NCBI GenBank assembly: GCA_030149205.1
Contig: JASBSB010000003.1
Coordinates: 441,710-473,709, forward strand
Direction of reading: 5' to 3'
Origin: Candidatus Heimdallarchaeota archaeon
GTDB taxonomy: Archaea > Asgardarchaeota > Heimdallarchaeia > Heimdallarchaeales > Kariarchaeaceae
Length of the DNA: 32,000 bases
The notes beneath the pieces were generated by a model. The model saw nothing but the letters and a program-made list of their open reading frames with translations, did not search any database and was not told the DNA's origin. Position numbers and translations under genes: made by a program. Of the stretch, positions 28,560 through 32,000 are shown in pieces (the stretch's first letter is position 1; each line of letters opens with the position of its first letter).

Positions 28560-30596
28560 TTAAAGATTCATAACTTGATAAACAAATAATGAATTTTGAT
28601 TGTAAACGAAGGTTGCTTTTAATGAAAATTCTTTTTGATCAAGAACAATAGAGTTCCACAATTTATTGGAAATAATCGGGAAATTTTTATACGATTGAGT
28701 AATAAAAGGTGATGTTTCTTGAGGTATAATTAAAATTGTAAAATTATTTACTTTTAAGTATTGAACAAATTCTGAGTAATTTGAGTTTGAAGAATTTGCC
28801 CAATTAGCTATATTTCTAAATGTTTGCGATAAATCTAATTGGATTTGATAAACAAACAATGAGTTTACTCCATGAAATGGTAATGCAACCCTAGACCCGA
28901 TAAAGTTTGTTTTGAAGTACTGGGCCAGTGGTTCGAAGGGGTAGACCAACTGATTATAATAAATATTCGCATCGTTATTCCTTTCTTGTTGAGTATTCAG
29001 AAAATTTAGGTTCAAAAGAATTATCAACAAAAAAATAGTCAATAATTGATGTTTGTTTAATCTGAATCTGGTTATTCTTTGACTTTTATAAGGTATTTTT
29101 TGCTTAAAGTCAATAATAAAAACAAATAAAAGAACAAACCACAAAAGAATAGCAGGAGCAATAAAGCGATCAACTCTCCCAGCCCAACTTCCATCAGTCT
29201 CCAAACTTATATACCATAGAGAAATTATTGTAAGAATGCTTAAAATTAAAGATATTTTTTGTTTATTAGATCTATATTTAAACAAATATAAAAGGACGGA
29301 TATGACAACCACAGAGACCACCGTCCATCCTATTAACTGAGGAGATAATATAAAATAATCATAAATTGTGAACTTATCGAATGGATTAAGTGATAACTTA
29401 CTTAATTGTAATTTTCTTCCATTGGTAGAACCGTTTGGTATCAGAGTTGCATTAATTATCCAGACCAAACCAACAAAGATTGGCACAAAAACCAACCATA
29501 ATTCGTATAAGATTTCTCTTGTGTAGACTTTGCTTCGCATTTTGATAACATTATAGTATAAATTCTTTTTCTTAACAAAATATAACATTACAAAAGTTGC
29601 CATAAGAATAATTAATGTTCTTCTATATAACAGGCCAAAAAGAACATAGAAACTATAACCTTCTAAATCGTGTAAATTATCCGTTTTTAAATATTTAAGT
29701 ATATATCTAACACTAATTACAAAAAATAATCCCTCTCCAGTGGTTTGATAAAATACACTAGAAAACGCCACATACACAGGATTACTAAGTATGAATAATG
29801 TAAATATGGACAGAAGGATATACGAATAATTGTCTGAATCCAAATCAGTTAAGTCCTCGACTAATTTAAATGAAAAATAAATCATTAATATGAATAAGAA
29901 AATTGATAAAATTCTTAAGCTTAAGCCACTAAATCCAAATATTCCAATAAACAAATTGCCTAGAAGAACATGGATAGGAGGAAATCTTACAAAACTAAAA
30001 AATGTTTGCGGAACAAGCAAATGAGTATAGTTTTGAATAAAATAATGTAAAATGCCAGTAAAAGATAATGATCCAATTACCAGACCAATAATAAATGAAA
30101 TCAATTTAAATTTATTTATACTTTGTGCATCAATATACTTCTCAAGTTTTACAACTAGATAAATTGAACCTATAATCAAAGCTCCTAAAATTAATAGGGT
30201 TGAAATTCTCCCAGTAATTGTTCCAACTTGCTTTAAAGAAATTATTTGATTAATATAGTAAACTGCATAAATATGTGATGGTTCATCAGCTCCTGAAGAT
30301 ATTGGAGTGAATACGAACACTTGATAAAAAATGGTAGTTAATAAAGCAATGATACTAAGTTGTATACACGGTTTCCTCCATGATTCATTTGAATCAAACT
30401 CAAAATGTGTTTTTTCTTGGGTTCTCTTAGAAAAGTGTAAGTTAGCTAAAAAAATAAATATGATTAGACTAATAAATAGGAATATTCTAACTTCGGTTAC
30501 AATCAAATTACTTGATAAAAGCCAAGTTGGGTAAAAAATAAAGGCCACCACCAATAATGTCGTAATTAAAGAATTATAACTTAGAGAAATTTTCAT
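28560..30596 (-). CDS. Large polytopic membrane protein, GT-C-like glycosyltransferase
   Basis: Many TM segments. GADEPSH acidic loop motif, RFPP...LSLRILS, and GRVDRFIAP near the C-terminal soluble domain. Confidence 0.7.
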   Translation of the reverse strand: MKISLSYNSLITTLLVVAFIFYPTWLLSSNLIVTEVRIFLFISLIIFIFLANLHFSKRTQEKTHFEFDSNESWRKPCIQLSIIALLTTIFYQVFVFTPISSGADEPSHIYAVYYINQIISLKQVGTITGRISTLLILGALIIGSIYLVVKLEKYIDAQSINKFKLISFIIGLVIGSLSFTGILHYFIQNYTHLLVPQTFFSFVRFPPIHVLLGNLFIGIFGFSGLSLRILSIFLFILMIYFSFKLVEDLTDLDSDNYSYILLSIFTLFILSNPVYVAFSSVFYQTTGEGLFFVISVRYILKYLKTDNLHDLEGYSFYVLFGLLYRRTLIILMATFVMLYFVKKKNLYYNVIKMRSKVYTREILYELWLVFVPIFVGLVWIINATLIPNGSTNGRKLQLSKLSLNPFDKFTIYDYFILSPQLIGWTVVSVVVISVLLYLFKYRSNKQKISLILSILTIISLWYISLETDGSWAGRVDRFIAPAILLWFVLLFVFIIDFKQKIPYKSQRITRFRLNKHQLLTIFLLIILLNLNFLNTQQERNNDANIYYNQLVYPFEPLAQYFKTNFIGSRVALPFHGVNSLFVYQIQLDLSQTFRNIANWANSSNSNYSEFVQYLKVNNFTILIIPQETSPFITQSYKNFPIISNKLWNSIVLDQKEFSLKATFVYNQNSLFVYQVMNL

Positions 30597-30801
30597 AATT
30601 GTAGATCCAAAATTAAAATTTAAAACGTTCGATACTGTATTCTGTTAGAGGTGTACTAGGACTTTATTTTTGTTCAATTATTTTTCACTGATATTGAATT
30701 AATAAAAATTGAAACTTTGACATTTGTAACTTCAAGCGAAAATAGGTTCATTTTCGGAAAACTAACAAGGTTGGACAATAAGTTAAAACCTTTAAGTTTA
30801 A

Positions 30802-31672
30802 TCGACCTCATAAATTCACTTTTCCCACAATAAAGATGTATAAAAACTTGAAAATTTAATTCAATATAATTTTCTTTAAAGAAATTTAATTTAGCTGTAT
30901 TTTCCAATATGTGTAAATAAATTTGTTTTGAAATATAATTTTCTCATCCACTTTAGATGGGCTGAGTTATAAACCAAACAAAATGACACAACAAGCTTCT
31001 GAGGTTGTTATTCTCAGTGATGTCCTTCATAATAGAATACATGAACTCTAACTCACTAAACATATTTTCAACTTTCGTCCTGAAGTGACTTCTGTTGTTT
31101 TTCCTATTGATCCCAACTTGCTACCTCTGATAGCAAGTGAATTGATACAGATGGGGATAAAAATCAGATAAGACTATGTTCCTCTCGCTGTGTATTACCG
31201 CGGTGATTTCCTCTTGATCACACCATAGAAGGATCTTGTAATCCCAATAAAACTTGACTGCATGCCGATGATGCAAACCCCCCACTAAAGCCATGTGAAG
31301 GTATCCATCTACAGGGAGCCAAAAACCCTGGAAACAAAGAGTCTGGCAACTGACAGGTGAATACATACTCTGCTAGGCAGAACACCTCCCAGATGCACCT
31401 TCTTGAAAAAGAGATGCTATCTTGAACAGGTCAGTTCTCTACCACCTCTTCAGTTTGCAGATGCTTCCAGACCGGAAGTCTATACTGATTTATCAACAAC
31501 CAATCCCTTAATCTGCTTCTTCCAATTAAGATTTTTGACTCTTTGATCTTACACAGAAAATGCTCCATGTCCCAAACGAAACTTCTTAAAATGTGAGAAG
31601 AGATCGCTGGTGTTTGATGTTCTAGAATTTCCACCTCTTTTATTATAAATCCGGTGAGTTAAGAGAGGTCCC
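30802..31672 (-). mobile_element. Possible extent of the decayed IS
   Basis: Imperfect terminal inverted repeats GACCTC-ATAAATTCAC (30804-30819) and GTGAGTTAAGAGAGGTC (31654-31670), 13/17 with one gap, bracket the pseudogene. Flanks are TAA and TAG. Confidence 0.35.
30953..31634 (-). pseudogene. Decayed DDE transposase (IS4/IS5 superfamily-like)
   Basis: One minus-strand frame from 31366 to 30953, with an internal TAG at 31121-31123, reads LPVDG...FYWDYKILLWCD...ERNIVLSD...*...HFRTKVENMFSELE. These match the vDg, GyKlh..vD and R-x3-E-x2-FS-x-L(K) transposase motifs. The N-terminal piece (31431-31634) is in another frame. Confidence 0.65.
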
Positions 31673-31720
31673 TAGTGGTTCAAAAGGTGATAACAGAAAG
31701 AAAAAATTAACTTGAAGCTT

Positions 31721-31822
31721 GTCCCAAAACTCCTGGGACAAGCATTGAGCCCTCAGGCTCAATGGATGAAAGATTTTCAGATGAGAGAGAACCTCGCTTG
31801 AGATTCGGCTAGAATCGAACTA
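31721..31822 (+). repeat. Dispersed 102-nt repeat, copy A, with tandem hairpins
   Basis: Homologous to 18460-18561(-). Contains GCTTGTCCCA-N7-TGGGACAAGC (31717-31743), ATTGAGCC-N4-GGCTCAAT (31744-31763) and GATTC-N5-GAATC (31802-31816). Confidence 0.75.
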
Positions 31823-31831
31823 GATATATAG

Positions 31832-32000
31832 TAGAGGGTCAGAACTGACTAGTGCGAACAACACAGGTCATTGACCCCCATGTACTGTCCGAATTTCTCA
31901 TCTTAAATCAAGATTTCCTTCGTCCCAAGTTCCCAGACGCAAAAAGAACCTCAAAACTGGGCAGACCAAGAATTGGTCTGAGATGGGTGCTGGCCGCCAT
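31832..32000 (+). mobile_element. Left end of an IS5-family element (IS427/IS1031-like), transposase truncated by the window
   Basis: From GTG 31852 the frame reads MRTTQVIDPHVLSEFLILNQDFLRPKFPDAKRTSKLGRPRIGLRWVLAAI, with the GRPR...R.VL.AI N-terminal signature of IS5-family transposases. Putative end TAGAGGGTC at 31832; GC content is visibly higher here. Confidence 0.75.

Noticed and set aside
1104-30907. Short ORFs in the track that overlap longer genes (e.g. 1104, 2076, 2419, 8199, 8570, 8859, 10885, 12933, 14785, 18846, 24147, 26215, 30331) and the AT-rich ORF at 30674
   Set aside because: They are shadow frames of well-supported genes or lack any motif or start context.
30983-31360. Plus-strand frame that reads protein-like (MTQQASEVVILSD...) with four TAA/TAG stops, suggesting stop-codon recoding
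   Set aside because: It is the exact antisense frame of the decayed transposase, and four stops in 126 codons is not clearly below chance. Other genes in the window use TAA and TAG as normal stops.
1-32000. CRISPR arrays, rRNA, tRNA, integrase or prophage genes
   Set aside because: None seen; there are no regularly spaced direct repeats.

Overview
AT-rich window, most likely archaeal. Three genes have a TATA box about 25 nt before a probably leaderless ATG. A winged-helix/PCI-like plus RING-type protein suggests an Asgard archaeon (inference). There are three zones. (1) 1-9249: a truncated membrane-anchored gene divergent from a three-gene co-oriented cluster: TPR protein, a ~2100-aa protein with a double zinc ribbon and a DUF2339-like polytopic membrane region, and a HEAT-like/winged-helix/Zn-ribbon/RING-variant protein. 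This is the best candidate for an undescribed system, possibly membrane-associated ubiquitin ligation or quality control. (2) 9.3-11.7 kb: a very AT-rich accessory patch with an orphan PD-(D/E)xK nuclease and a DUF1059 protein. (3) 11.7-30.6 kb: a surface-glycan locus with frequent strand switches. It encodes rmlA/D/C/B, gmd, fcl, a DegT aminotransferase, a GNAT, a FabG-like SDR, an epimerase, a methyltransferase, three GT2s, three half-size DMT/EamA proteins and two GT-C-like membrane proteins. The right end carries a decayed DDE transposase, one copy of a 102-nt hairpin-rich dispersed repeat (second copy inverted at 18.5 kb) and the start of an IS5-family transposase. All family assignments come from motifs recognised by eye; no searches were run.
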